Program-made: the position numbers and the translations under genes
NCBI GenBank assembly: GCA_963772595.1
Contig: CAVYXZ010000012.1
Span: forward strand, 202,191-266,190
DNA length: 64,000 nucleotides
Reading direction: 5' to 3'
DNA from: an uncultured Chloroflexia bacterium
GTDB lineage: Bacteria; Chloroflexota; Anaerolineae; Aggregatilineales; Phototrophicaceae
Shown: positions 50,118-61,196 of the stretch, piece by piece
Layout: each line of letters starts with the position of its first letter
How positions within the stretch are numbered: position 1 is the stretch's first letter
The notes under the pieces: generated by a model
Seen by the model: the letters and a program-made list of their open reading frames with translations, nothing else
What the model was told of the DNA's origin: nothing
Database searches by the model: none

Positions 50118-51221
50118 ATGGGTGACACAATAATCTGTGAATCGTGCCAGGCGGAAAATCCGGGTGATGCGATAACATGCCAGCGCTGCGGTCAGCCGCT
50201 GAAGCCATCCTCGCCCATCAAAGCACAAGCCCTGCCGACCAACCCGGCACAGGCGGAAGTGACGCTGTCAGCGTCGCAGCCCGTGCCGAAGCGCAGCACC
50301 GGTACCCAACCCAAGGCGGACAAAACGCCCTCGCCTGATGGCATCGCCCTGGTGGTACGCGGTTATGACAGGCCGGTCGTCATCACTGAAGCGGAGTTTA
50401 TCCTGGGCCGCTATGATCCCGCCAGCCCACAGCAGGGCGTGGACCTGATGCCTTATGGCGGCGGGTCGATGGGCGTTTCGCGGCAGCACGCCCGCATCCT
50501 GCGCAAAGGCGGCATCTACCTCATCGAAGACCTCAACAGCACCAACGGCACCTGGGTCAACCGGCATCGGCTCGCCAGCGGGGCGACAGAAAGCCTGCAA
50601 GACGGCGACATCATCCAGCTCGGCCAGTTGGTCATGCGTCTCTACTTTGATACGGCTGAGGCCCTGCGTGCTACTGAGGAGCGCATCAGCTTCCGCAGCC
50701 CGATGGCGCAGCTTACGCCGGATTACCTGGCCCATCGAGTCAGCCCCTATCTGCTGGCGTTGGCCGGGGTGCAGGAGATCAGCGACGAAATCCTGGAGCG
50801 CGAAACGGCGATAGAGATCGGCGCGATTACCGTCGATGCTGAGGCACAGTTCACGGTGCAGATCAGCGGCACGCGCGATGCGCTCAAACTGGTGAAAACG
50901 GAAATCAAAACCTGGCGTGATGCAAACACCGAGCGCATCAGTCTTTTTCTGCGCATGAAGCAGAGCCTGCGCAAGCAAACCAGTGTCCTGATGAACAATA
51001 TCGGCCCGGCCAGTTCGACCGAAGAAGTGGCCGCGCGCGAACTGGGCCGCGAACTGCGCGAAGCCGAGGTCCAACTGGCGCGGAGCTTTTTGAGCGCCCT
51101 CGCGCCTTATCAGGCCCAGACCTTGCTTGAACCCTACGTCGATATGCTCGTCAAGCACATCCACGTCCTGGTCTTCAGCCCGCTGAACGTCACCAGTGAC
51201 ACGCACTCACTGGTCCACTAA
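50118..51221 (+). CDS. FHA-domain protein with N-terminal zinc-ribbon
   Basis: CESCQAENPGDAITCQRCGQPL; FHA …ILGRYDP…GVSRQHARILRKGGIYLIEDLNSTNGTWVNRHRL…GDIIQLGQLVMRL…. Confidence 0.75.
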   Translation: MGDTIICESCQAENPGDAITCQRCGQPLKPSSPIKAQALPTNPAQAEVTLSASQPVPKRSTGTQPKADKTPSPDGIALVVRGYDRPVVITEAEFILGRYDPASPQQGVDLMPYGGGSMGVSRQHARILRKGGIYLIEDLNSTNGTWVNRHRLASGATESLQDGDIIQLGQLVMRLYFDTAEALRATEERISFRSPMAQLTPDYLAHRVSPYLLALAGVQEISDEILERETAIEIGAITVDAEAQFTVQISGTRDALKLVKTEIKTWRDANTERISLFLRMKQSLRKQTSVLMNNIGPASSTEEVAARELGRELREAEVQLARSFLSALAPYQAQTLLEPYVDMLVKHIHVLVFSPLNVTSDTHSLVH

Positions 51222-51583
51222 AGCTGCATCAGGACATCCACGCCGATAATCGCCAGTTCAATCCCAATCGTCCAGGCCAGAATCTTCCAGGATCGTGGTC
51301 TGCCCAGGTTTTCGCTGTGATAGCCGATGCTGGCGAGGGCGACAATTAACCAGATGACGCCGCCGCAAATCATCATCGCAATGCGCACCGTGCGCACGAT
51401 GCCGATTTGCTGCCCGCTGTTGATGTCCGGGTTCGCAAAGGAGTAGCGAACCGCAATGTCCAGCGCGATTCGCAGGCCGCTTGACCAGGCGGCCAGCGCC
51501 AGGCCGACGGAAATAATCACCGCCAGAAGGGCCAGCAATCTGCTTCGAAGTGGGGGGTGTGTTTTACGTTTCAGGGCTGTCAT
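51218..51583 (-). CDS. small integral membrane protein, hypothetical
   Basis: 121 aa, 3 predicted TM helices. Confidence 0.4.
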   Translation of the reverse strand: MTALKRKTHPPLRSRLLALLAVIISVGLALAAWSSGLRIALDIAVRYSFANPDINSGQQIGIVRTVRIAMMICGGVIWLIVALASIGYHSENLGRPRSWKILAWTIGIELAIIGVDVLMQL

Positions 51584-51781
51584 TCTCTTTCATCTCCTGA
51601 TCCGTATTTCAGTTTATCACATTCACTGCCCATCCCCCTAGAGACTGGGCGTTTGCGTTTTTCAAGCGGTATGCCGTCTGCGTTTTTACGTAATTCAGAC
51701 ATTAAACAGGAGTATACTGAAAAAGTGCGAATCATTTAGCCAAGCAAACCGCGCATACGGAATGCTTTAAGGAGCGTCGTC

Positions 51782-53833
51782 ATGGACTTCGGGTTGGTAG
51801 TCGTCGGCGTAATTGTTCTGGCCGTCATCCTTTTTGTGTTGTCGGGCCTGAAGATTATCCCTAATAATCGCGTAGGCGTCCTCGAAAAGCGATTTTCCAG
51901 CAAAGGATCGCTTAAAGACGGCTTTATTGCGCTCAATAAAGAAGCGGGTTATCAGCCGAGTGTGCTGCGCGGTGGGGTGTACTGGTACATGCCCTTTCAA
52001 TATGTCGTGCATATCACCCCTCTGGTGACGATCTCGCAGGGGCAGATCGGCTACATCTTTGCCCGCGATGGGCTGCCGCTGTCCGCTATGCAGACCCTGG
52101 GGACGGTGATCCCACAAAGCGATAATTTCCAGAGTGTCGAAGCCTTCCTGAAACATTCCGGGCAGCGGGGTCCGCAGCGCCAGATCCTGCGTGAAGGGGT
52201 TTACGCCCTGAATCTGGCCCAATTCGTCGTCTTTACGGCGGATGGCAGCTACTATCTGCCGATTAGCGCTACTGAAAAGCCGATCTTCGAGCGCATGGCC
52301 CAACTGATTCAGGAGCGCGATGGCTTCTGGCCGATTGTGATTAAAGGCGCGGACGATATGGTCGGCATCGTCACCGTGCATGATGGCCCCTCGCTGCCTC
52401 AGGGCGAGATTATTGCCCCGGCGGTGGGCGATGATTTCGATGACCCGGAATTCTATCACAACAACTTCCAGGGTATTGAGCAGTTCCTCGCGGCGGGCGG
52501 TCGGCGTGGACGCCAGCTTCAGGCACTGTCCGAAGGTACCTACTACATCAACCGCCTGTTTGCCACCGTTGAACTGATCCCCAAGACCGTGATCGAGGTC
52601 GGGTCAGTGGGCGTGGTCGTCTCCTATGTCGGCGAACGCAGCACGGACCTCTCCGGCGAAGATTACAAGCACGGCGAGATGGTCGAAGTCGGCTCCAAGG
52701 GGGTTTGGAACGAACCCCTGATGCCCGGTAAGTACGCCTTCAATACCTATGCTGGTAAAGTCATCGTCGTCCCCACGACCAATATCATCCTGAAATGGAA
52801 GAAGGATGAGATCGGGCAGCATCGCCTCGACGAAAACCTGTCGGCGGTTGAACTCATCACCAAAGACGCCTTTGAACCGCTGCTGCCGCTTTCGGTCGTG
52901 ATTCACATCGACTATCGCAAAGCGCCGCTGGTCATTCAGCGCTTTGGCGATGTCAAGCGGCTGGTCGAGCAAACGCTGGATCCGATGGTGGCCGCCTATT
53001 TCAAGAATATCGGGCAAACGCGCACGCTGATCCAGTTGATTCAGGAGCGCAGCCAGATCCAGGATCAATCGTCCAGCGATATGCAGGAGCGCTTCGCGCA
53101 TTACAACCTGGAACTGGAAGAGGTGCTGATCGGCACGCCCGCCCCTTCTGCCAATGACCGCAAGATCGAGGAGATCCTGGCGCAGCTTCGGGACCGTCAG
53201 ATCGCGGTCGAGCAGATCGAAACCTATACGCGCAAGGAAGCGGCAGCGGCCAAAGAACGCGAACTGCGGCAGGCCGAGTCGATTGCCAAGCAGCAGACGG
53301 CGCTGACCGAGTCGGAGATCGGCATCACTATCCAGAGCAACGAAGGTAAAGCTGCCTTCCAGCGCTCGCTGCAAGATGCGTCCAAGATCAAAGCCCTGGC
53401 CGAGGCCGAGGCCGAACGCGATGCGCGCATCGGTATCGCCCGCGCGCTGGCGATTGAAGAACAGGTGCGCGCCTATGGCGGGCCGCAGTATCAGGTCTTA
53501 CAGCAGACGATGGACCGCTTCAGCGCCGCGATTGAAAACGCTGGCGTGGACGTGGTGCCGAAGATGGTCATCAATAACGGCTCGAATGGCGATGGCGGCG
53601 GCAGTGGCAGCGCTTTTGAGGGTCTGATGGCGCTCCTGCTCTCGGAGAAGCTGGGCGTCAATCTCAGTATCGACCATGAGGACGGCGAGGTCGATGAGCA
53701 GGTGGCGGTGATTCGCAAGAGCATCCTGGAGAGCTTGAGCAAGGCGGCCAACGCGCCGAATCAGGACATCACCCCGCCGTCTATCCCGCCCACGATTGAG
53801 CCGCCCAAGCCGTTGGATTCGTCGTCCGATTAA
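51782..53833 (+). CDS. flotillin-like SPFH/Band-7 protein with long coiled-coil
   Basis: N-terminal TM, SPFH region …VLRGGVYWYMPFQYVVHITPLVTISQG…, coiled-coil/EA repeats …KALAEAEAERDARIGIARALAIEEQ…. Confidence 0.75.
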   Translation: MDFGLVVVGVIVLAVILFVLSGLKIIPNNRVGVLEKRFSSKGSLKDGFIALNKEAGYQPSVLRGGVYWYMPFQYVVHITPLVTISQGQIGYIFARDGLPLSAMQTLGTVIPQSDNFQSVEAFLKHSGQRGPQRQILREGVYALNLAQFVVFTADGSYYLPISATEKPIFERMAQLIQERDGFWPIVIKGADDMVGIVTVHDGPSLPQGEIIAPAVGDDFDDPEFYHNNFQGIEQFLAAGGRRGRQLQALSEGTYYINRLFATVELIPKTVIEVGSVGVVVSYVGERSTDLSGEDYKHGEMVEVGSKGVWNEPLMPGKYAFNTYAGKVIVVPTTNIILKWKKDEIGQHRLDENLSAVELITKDAFEPLLPLSVVIHIDYRKAPLVIQRFGDVKRLVEQTLDPMVAAYFKNIGQTRTLIQLIQERSQIQDQSSSDMQERFAHYNLELEEVLIGTPAPSANDRKIEEILAQLRDRQIAVEQIETYTRKEAAAAKERELRQAESIAKQQTALTESEIGITIQSNEGKAAFQRSLQDASKIKALAEAEAERDARIGIARALAIEEQVRAYGGPQYQVLQQTMDRFSAAIENAGVDVVPKMVINNGSNGDGGGSGSAFEGLMALLLSEKLGVNLSIDHEDGEVDEQVAVIRKSILESLSKAANAPNQDITPPSIPPTIEPPKPLDSSSD

Positions 53834-53979
53834 CAGGGCAACCTCAATCCCCTTATCAACAATGGGAGGGTCTCAGGCCCTCCCCTACACCCTGGAACCA
53901 ATCTGACTCCCGGCCCATAACGAGCCGCCTCTTTCATCGAAATCCCTCCTCGCCGACCCCCAAAAAATGGGGGGTGTGA

Positions 53980-54043
53980 TTGACGCCGCCCGCACAATCC
54001 AGTACTATTTGACCAGAAATGCAAAAACGGTCAAATGGTCAAA
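53980..54043 (+). promoter_or_regulatory. TetR promoter TTGACG (53980-53985), 17-bp spacer, TACTAT (54003-54008), with operator inverted repeat TTTGACC-N14-GGTCAAA (54008-54035) and an extra GGTCAAA (54037-54043)
   Basis: Read directly from the sequence. Operator overlaps the -10 and the start region, typical of TetR autoregulation. Confidence 0.5.
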
Positions 54044-54052
54044 AGAGGTTCC

Positions 54053-54739
54053 ATGAGTGACGATCAGGCACGTTCGAGCAACGCTGCCCGTGCAGAGCGT
54101 ATTCTGGATGCGGCGGCGGAGTTGATGATGCATTACGGTTACGACAAAACCACCGTCAGCGACATCGCCCGCGAGGCGGGGGTCTCCAAAGGGGCCATCT
54201 ATCTGCACTGGAGCAGCAAAGAGGAACTCTTCGAAGCGCTGTATGCCCACGAAGGCCGCCTCTTCACCCAAGATTGGGTCACAGCCTTCGAGGCGCAGGC
54301 GGGCGATTGGAGCTTTGTCAAGATGTTCGAGTTGATGTGGCAGACGATGGAGCAGCATCCCTTCATGCTGGCGCTGCACACCCGCGACCAGCGCATCCTG
54401 GGCAGCTTGCTCCAGCGCAACCCTGCCTTCTTGCAGCAGAAAAGCACGACCAACAGCGGGCTTTTCCAGCAGTTGCAGCAGGTCGGGGCGGCACGCGACG
54501 ACATCGAACCTGAAGTAATCGCCTATGTTTTGAACATCATGAGCTACGGCATTCTTAAAATCAATGAAATCGTCGCCCCGGAGGACATGCTGCCCTTCGA
54601 TGTGGTGGGCGAGGCGCTGGGCAAGATCCTGGATCGGGGGCTGTCACCGGAGGGTGGTGGCAACCGTGAGGCGGCTCGTGGCCTGGTGATGAAATCGGTT
54701 GAAGCGGTGCAGGACGCAGGGGAGATGCAACATGATTAA
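54053..54739 (+). CDS. TetR-family transcriptional regulator (alternative start 54035)
   Basis: HTH …TTVSDIAREAGVSKGAIYLHWSSKEELF…. Confidence 0.8.
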   Translation: MSDDQARSSNAARAERILDAAAELMMHYGYDKTTVSDIAREAGVSKGAIYLHWSSKEELFEALYAHEGRLFTQDWVTAFEAQAGDWSFVKMFELMWQTMEQHPFMLALHTRDQRILGSLLQRNPAFLQQKSTTNSGLFQQLQQVGAARDDIEPEVIAYVLNIMSYGILKINEIVAPEDMLPFDVVGEALGKILDRGLSPEGGGNREAARGLVMKSVEAVQDAGEMQHD

Positions 54740-55595
54740 GGTGGACAATCTCAGCTACACATATCCGGGCGGCGCATCACCAGCCGTGAAGGGAATCAGC
54801 TTTGACATTGCCGAGCAGGAGGTCTTCGGCTTCCTGGGGCCTAGCGGCGCGGGCAAAAGCACGACGCAGAAAATTCTCATCGGCCTGCTCAAAGAGTACC
54901 AGGGCCAGATCACGATCATGGACCGCGAGTTGCGCACCTGGGGGCCGGATTACTACGAGCACATCGGCGTATCTTTCGAACTGCCCAATCACTACCTGAA
55001 GCTGACGGCGCTGGAGAACCTGAAGTACTTCCAGTCGCTCTACAGCGGCGCAACCTATGACCCACTGCAACTGCTGGAGTGGGTTGGCCTGGCCGAGGAC
55101 GCCGATAAGAAGGTCTCGGACTATAGCAAGGGCATGAAAATCCGCCTCAACGTGGCCCGCAGCCTGATCCACAAGCCGAAGATCCTCTTCCTGGACGAAC
55201 CCACCAGCGGCCTGGACCCGGTCAACGCACGCAGCATTAAGGACCTGATTTTGTCGCTGCGCGACCAGGGGACAACCGTCTTCGTGACGACGCATGACAT
55301 GATGGTGGCCGACGAACTCTGCGACCGGGTGGCCTTCCTCAGCGCGGGACGCATCAGCGTGATTGACGCGCCGATGGTGCTCAAGAAACAGTATGGCAAG
55401 CGCAACGTGCAGGTCGAGTACATCAACGGCAGCGAGACCCTGGCCCAGGAGGAATTCCCGCTGGACGGCCTGGGCGATAACAGCGCGTTCATCAAACTGC
55501 TGCAATCGGCCAGCCGCCTGGAGACGATTCACACACAAGAAACCACGCTGGAAAACATCTTCATTGAGGTCACGGGACAGGAGTTAAGCGCATGA
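54732..55595 (+). CDS. ABC transporter ATP-binding protein
   Basis: Walker A GPSGAGKST, signature YSKGMKIRL, Walker B LFLDEPTSGLD. Confidence 0.85.
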   Translation: MIKVDNLSYTYPGGASPAVKGISFDIAEQEVFGFLGPSGAGKSTTQKILIGLLKEYQGQITIMDRELRTWGPDYYEHIGVSFELPNHYLKLTALENLKYFQSLYSGATYDPLQLLEWVGLAEDADKKVSDYSKGMKIRLNVARSLIHKPKILFLDEPTSGLDPVNARSIKDLILSLRDQGTTVFVTTHDMMVADELCDRVAFLSAGRISVIDAPMVLKKQYGKRNVQVEYINGSETLAQEEFPLDGLGDNSAFIKLLQSASRLETIHTQETTLENIFIEVTGQELSA

Positions 55596-56317
55596 GCCGC
55601 CTGCTCTCTGCCATGAAAATGGACGTCACCATCCAGCTTCGCAACAAGCTTTACGTCATCGGCATCGCCGCCGCCGTGCTGGTGGCCGTCGCCTTAGCGC
55701 TGCTGTTCAGCGCGGATACGCTGTATTTGGGCGTTCCGACTCTGATGCTGCTGGTCGTGGGTGGATCGACGCTGCTGTACGTGGCGGGCCTGATTACCTT
55801 CGAGCGCGATGAAGGCACGCTGAGCGCGGTAATCGTCTCGCCGCTGCGCACCTCAGAATACCTGTGGTCGAAGATCATCACGCTGACGGCGCTGGCGACC
55901 CTGGAATGTGCCATCATGATCGCCGGGGCCATGCTCATCCTGAGCCGGGACGCGCCAGTCGCCATCCCGAACATTCCGATTCTGCTGGTGGGTGTCGTCA
56001 GCCTGGGCGTGATCTATACCTTGATGGGGATCATCCTGGTCGTGCGTTACGACAAGATCACCGACTTTCTGGTGCCGATGGCGGCGGTCGCGGTGGTGCT
56101 GCAACTGCCCCTGCTGCACTTCATGGATCTGGTGCCCAGTGTGCTGTGGCTCATTATTCCGTCCAGCGCCTCGACCATGCTGATTCGCGGCGCTTATATC
56201 CCGCTGAGCACTGCGGAATGGCTGTATGCCATCGGCTACACGGCAGCGCAGTTGATCGTGCTGGCGATATGGGCTTACCGCGCGTTTCAGACGCACATCA
56301 TTATGAAAGTAGGGTAG
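55592..56317 (+). CDS. ABC-2 family permease
   Basis: 6 TM helices; stop/start overlap with the neighbouring genes. Confidence 0.7.
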   Translation: MSRLLSAMKMDVTIQLRNKLYVIGIAAAVLVAVALALLFSADTLYLGVPTLMLLVVGGSTLLYVAGLITFERDEGTLSAVIVSPLRTSEYLWSKIITLTALATLECAIMIAGAMLILSRDAPVAIPNIPILLVGVVSLGVIYTLMGIILVVRYDKITDFLVPMAAVAVVLQLPLLHFMDLVPSVLWLIIPSSASTMLIRGAYIPLSTAEWLYAIGYTAAQLIVLAIWAYRAFQTHIIMKVG

Positions 56318-56321
56318 CACG

Positions 56322-57085
56322 ATGCAAATGACCACGCTTGTACGCAAACTGGGGCCGAACGACGCCCGCCTGATCCGGCGCGACAGCTTCCTGATCTTCA
56401 TGCTGGCCTATGTCGTCATCATCGCCGTCGTCGTGCGCTTCCTGCTGCCCTGGCTGAGCAACTACCTGATCGAAAACAATATCCTCAACAGCGAGACCTT
56501 TATCACCAGCCTGGACGAACTCTACCCCATGTTGATCGCTTACATGGGTATCTTCACGGCGGGCTGCGTGCTGGTCGGGACGGTCTTTGGCTTCCTGCTG
56601 CTGGATGAACGCGACGACAACACCCTCAAGGCCATGCTGGTCACGCCGGTCCCGTTGAGCCAGTATACGCTCTACCGGGTTGGCATCCCCGCCATCATCG
56701 CCGCCTTCGCCATCATCTTTATTTTGCTGGTCATCAACCAGGCGCTGCTGCCGTTGGGGCAGTTGATTCTGGTCGCGTTGGTCGGGTCGCTGGCCGCGCC
56801 GATTGTCGCGCTGTTCTACGCGACCTTCGCCGCCAACAAGGTGGAGGGCTTCGCTTACGCCAAGTTCGTCTCGCTGGCGGCCTTCCTGATCGTGGCGGCC
56901 TGGTTTGTGCCGGAGCCGTTCCAGTTCCTCTTTGGTCTCTTTCCGCCCTTCTGGGTCAGCAAGGCCTACTGGATGGCGCTGGAAGGCAATGCGCTCTGGT
57001 GGCTGGCGCTGCTGATCGGCGCGGTGACTAGATCGGCGCGATCTACTGGCTGGTGCAGCGTTTCAAGACAGTCGCCTACCGCTAA
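56322..57085 (+). CDS. ABC-2 family permease (second subunit; frame change near 57030)
   Basis: Multi-TM; reconstructed end …LIGAV…IGAIYWLVQRFKTVAYR*. Confidence 0.6.
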
Positions 57086-57212
57086 CATCGTGTTGCGCCA
57101 GAGACTGGATGATATTCGTGCAGCGACTGGCTGATTGTCATGAGGCGATTAGGCTGCGACGAAGTATGGTATCTTCACTACTAAACGATACCTGTAAGGG
57201 CAATTACGACTG

Positions 57213-58790
57213 ATGAACACTTATCAAAATCCGATCATCCCTGGTTTCTACCCGGACCCATCCGTATGCCGTGTCGGTGACGATTATTATCTGGTCACTT
57301 CGACCTTTGAGTATTTTCCTGGGCTGCCTATCTTTCACAGCCGCGACCTCGTACACTGGCGGCAGATCGGGCATGTGCTGGATCGCCCCTCGCAGCTCAA
57401 CCTGGACGGCGTCCGCCCCTCACACGGCCTGTTTGCGCCGACGATTCGCTATCACGAGGGCACATTCTACGTAATCAACACACTGGTCGGTGGGACGGGC
57501 AGTACATACCAGGAGCGAACCAACCGCAATTTCATCGTGACCGCCAGCGATCCGGCGGGCGACTGGTCCGAACCCTACTGGCTCGACAATGCGCCCGGTA
57601 TCGATCCCTCGCTGCTCTTCGACGATGATGGCCGTGCCTGGTACACCGGCAATCGCACGCCGCCAGGGGGCGCTGCCTACAGCACACACCGCGAAATCTG
57701 GCTGCAAGAACTCGATCTGGCGACGATGCAGCTTACCGGCGATGTCTATGCTTTGTGGGATGGCGCGCTCAAAGAGGCCACCCATGCGGAAGCGCCACAT
57801 CTCTACAAGATTGACGGCTCCTATTATCTGATGATCGCTGAAGGGGGCACTGAGTGGCGTCATTCGGTCACCATCGCCCGCAGTGAACAGGTCACGGGGC
57901 CATATCAGGCCTGTATGCACAATCCGCTGATGACGCATCGCCATAGAGGGAAAAGCGCGTCCATCACAGGCACCGGCCACGCCGACCTCTTCGAGACGCA
58001 AAACGGCGACTGGTGGATCGTCATGCTGGCGATGCGGCCCTACGGCGGCTACTTCTACAATCTCGGTCGTGAAACCTTCATGGCCCCGGTGATATGGGAA
58101 GACGGTTGGCCGCTGATCTCGCCTGAAACCGGCAAGATCGAAGATGCGTACCCCGTGCCGGATTTGCCAGCGCATCCCTGGCCGCAGCCGCCCGCCTGCG
58201 ACCACTTCGAGGCCGCCACACTGGACTTCATCTGGAACATGCTGCGCACGCCCCGCGAAACCTTCTGGAGCCTGGACGAGCGCCCTGGTTATTTGCGGCT
58301 CAAGCTGCGCCCGGAACGTATCAGCGACTGGGTTAATCCCAGCTTTATCGGACGCCGCCAGCAGCACAAGGCCTTCGCCGCTCGCACGGTTATGGATTTC
58401 ATGCCGCAGAACGAGCATGAATCCGCCGGGGTGGTGCTGCTTCAGAACAGCGATTTTCAGTTCCGCTGCGAGGTCAAACAGGTGGACGGCCAGCGCGTGG
58501 TGCAGCTCATTCGCCGTGAGGCGGGCGAGGAAAGCCTGCGCGGGCAGCTTCCGGTCAGCGCTGACCGCCTGTATCTCAAGGTGACGGCCAGCGGACAGGA
58601 TTACAGCTTTTACATTGCGGAGCAGGCCGAACAATGGCTGCCGCTCGCCGAAAACGAAGACGGGCGCATCCTGAGCACCCCGGTCGCGGGTGGTTTCGTC
58701 GGAGCCTACATCGGCATGTATGCCAGCAGCAACGGTCAGAGCAGCGATAACCACGCCGATTTTGATTGGTTCGAATACATCGGGGATTAG
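57213..58790 (+). CDS. glycoside hydrolase family 43 (beta-xylosidase/alpha-L-arabinofuranosidase type) with C-terminal beta-sandwich domain
   Basis: NPIIPGFYPDPSVCRVGDDYYLVTSTFEYFPG…LFAPTIRYHEGTFY…. Confidence 0.8.
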   Translation: MNTYQNPIIPGFYPDPSVCRVGDDYYLVTSTFEYFPGLPIFHSRDLVHWRQIGHVLDRPSQLNLDGVRPSHGLFAPTIRYHEGTFYVINTLVGGTGSTYQERTNRNFIVTASDPAGDWSEPYWLDNAPGIDPSLLFDDDGRAWYTGNRTPPGGAAYSTHREIWLQELDLATMQLTGDVYALWDGALKEATHAEAPHLYKIDGSYYLMIAEGGTEWRHSVTIARSEQVTGPYQACMHNPLMTHRHRGKSASITGTGHADLFETQNGDWWIVMLAMRPYGGYFYNLGRETFMAPVIWEDGWPLISPETGKIEDAYPVPDLPAHPWPQPPACDHFEAATLDFIWNMLRTPRETFWSLDERPGYLRLKLRPERISDWVNPSFIGRRQQHKAFAARTVMDFMPQNEHESAGVVLLQNSDFQFRCEVKQVDGQRVVQLIRREAGEESLRGQLPVSADRLYLKVTASGQDYSFYIAEQAEQWLPLAENEDGRILSTPVAGGFVGAYIGMYASSNGQSSDNHADFDWFEYIGD

Positions 58791-58807
58791 AGAAAGCCGG
58801 GTCAGCA

Positions 58808-60104
58808 ATGAAGGTCTTTATCAACACCCTGGGCACACAGGGCGACGTCCAGCCCTATGTGGCGCTGGGCAAGGGGCTGAAGGCGGCGGGGCATGAGGTC
58901 ACCGTCTGTACCAGCGCCAGTTTCGAACCCTTCATCACCGGGCATGGCCTGAACTACGGCTACATGACCGATGACTTCATGAAGCTCATCAACTCGGACG
59001 CGGGCCGCGAGGCCATCGAGAACGATACCTCGCTGCTGGGAAAATTGAAGAATTACCGGAATCTGATGAGAGTGGCTGGTCCCTTACAGCGCGAGATGCT
59101 CAAGGACAGTTGGGCGGCGGCTCAGCAGGCCGAGCCGGACCTGATTATCTTCCATCCGAAGGCCTATGGCGGGCCGCATTTTGCCGAGAAGCTGGGCATT
59201 CCGATCATCTTCGCCATTCCGCTGCCGATTTACGTGCCGACGGCGGAGTTCCCCAACATGAGTATGCCGCAGCTTGCGCTGGGCGGTTGGTATAACAAAC
59301 TGAGCTATAGGCTGCTCCTCAAGCTCACGGATATGGGCATAGGCCGCTACGTTAAAGAATGGCGCAGCGAACATGGCCTGCCGGCGATGGATAGAGGCCG
59401 CAACATGCTGCACACCAGCAGCGGCGACGGCGATTCCGGTGCTGCATGCCATCAGCCAGCATGTCATCCCGCGTCCGCAGGATTGGCCGGGGAGCGCCTA
59501 CATCACCGGCTACTGGTTCCTGGATCAGGAAGACGACTGGCAGCCGCCCGATGATTTGCAGCGCTTCCTGGATGCGGGCGATCCGCCGGTCTACGTCGGC
59601 TTCGGCAGCATGTCCGGGCGCGATCCACAGCATCTGACGAAGCTCGTCATCGACGCCTTGCAGCAGGCGGGCGTGCGCGGCCTGATCGCCACCGGCTGGG
59701 GCGGTCTGACAGCGGCGGACCTGCCGGAGACGATCTTCAAGATCGACAGCGTGCCGCATGACTGGCTCTTCCCGCGTGTGGCGGCGGTGGTGCATCACGG
59801 CGGGGCGGGGACAACGGCAGCGGGACTGCGCGCCGGGCGTCCGACGGTCATCTGCCCCTTCATCGTGGACCAGCCCTTCTGGGGCAGGCGCGTGCATGAA
59901 CTCGGCGCGGGCGCTGCGCCGATCCCGCAGAAGCAGCTCACAGCGGAGAATCTTGCAGCGGCGATCCGCGAGGTGACGAGCGATCCGACGATCCATCGCA
60001 AGGCCGAGGTGCTGGGCGAGCAAATCCGCCAGGAAGACGGTATCGGCATTGCGGTGAACCTTATCGAGAAGAGCCGGGCAGCCCAACGAATCGCGGCCTC
60101 CTGA
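58808..60104 (+). CDS. GT1-family (UDP-glycosyltransferase/MGT-like) glycosyltransferase, frame change near 59450
   Basis: MKVFINTLGTQGDVQPYVALGKGLKAAGHEV…; C-terminal UDP-binding …HHGGAGTTAAGLRAGRPTVICPFIVDQPFWG…. Confidence 0.7.
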
Positions 60105-60209
60105 ACAGACGCAGGTTCCATTTCCCTAACCTGAAGAGACTGCCTGTCACATTCGTACGATCTCGACGGTTGTTGTAGGAAGCTCATTGTCTTTTTCAGG
60201 AGGAAAGTA

Positions 60210-61037
60210 ATGAACCCTACTCTTTTGCCTCGTCGTCTTCGCGTTCTCGCCCTTGCTGCCGTTGTCCTGGCACTTCTGGCGACCGTGATCCCGGCGGGAG
60301 CCGTCAACTTTGGCACGCTGGATGGTGACGCGCATCCCTACGTGGGCCTGCTGGTCTTCGACGTAGATGGCGCACCGGCCTGGCGTTGCAGCGGGACTCT
60401 GCTGTCGCCGACGGTCATGCTCACTGCCGGGCACTGCACCGCCGGGACTTCCGGGGGCCGCGTCTGGTTTGAGTCCGATGTCGAATCTGGCATTCCCGCC
60501 AATGGCTATCCCTTTGGCGGCGGCACCAGCATCGAATTTAGCGAAATCCACACCCACCCGCAGTTTCAGGATAACGCCTTCTATCTCTACGACGCTGGGA
60601 TCGTGATCCTCAGCCAGCCGGTTTACATGTCCACCTATGGTACGCTGGCGAACATCGGGCTGCTGGACGAACTCTCCACCAAACGTGGTCAGCAGGACCA
60701 GTCCTTCACGGTCGTCGGCTACGGCTTGCAGAGCGTCAAACCCACGCTTCAGGCGGATCGCGTCCGTTATCAGGGCACAGTGAAACTGATCGACGTGAAC
60801 GGTACCGCCGGAATTCCGGCAGGCACCTCGGCCAGCTTCACCAACAATCCCGGCCAGGGCAACGGTCGGGGCGGCACCTGCTTCGGCGATTCCGGCGGCC
60901 CGATCTTCTACGGGAACAGCAACGTGATTGCAGCCGTAACTTCCTACGGCCTGAACGCGAACTGCGGCGGGACCGGCGGCGGCTATCGTGTCGATACGCC
61001 GGATGACCAGAGCTTTATCCACACCTACGTCAACTAG
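60210..61037 (+). CDS. secreted trypsin-like (S1) serine protease
   Basis: Signal peptide; catalytic triad contexts TAGHC, D, GDSGGP. Confidence 0.8.
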   Translation: MNPTLLPRRLRVLALAAVVLALLATVIPAGAVNFGTLDGDAHPYVGLLVFDVDGAPAWRCSGTLLSPTVMLTAGHCTAGTSGGRVWFESDVESGIPANGYPFGGGTSIEFSEIHTHPQFQDNAFYLYDAGIVILSQPVYMSTYGTLANIGLLDELSTKRGQQDQSFTVVGYGLQSVKPTLQADRVRYQGTVKLIDVNGTAGIPAGTSASFTNNPGQGNGRGGTCFGDSGGPIFYGNSNVIAAVTSYGLNANCGGTGGGYRVDTPDDQSFIHTYVN

Positions 61038-61196
61038 GCCGCTGTCTGAGCGGTTTTAGTCGCAGCACTTCCGCGCAGACCTCTGTCCGACGCTTTGTCA
61101 AGTGTCGTGCAGGGGTCTGATGCTTTATACATTCCCTCATGTGGCTCGCCGTGTGACTCTGCTAAAATAGGGTCGGTTCATTGAGAGAGTGTAGAC

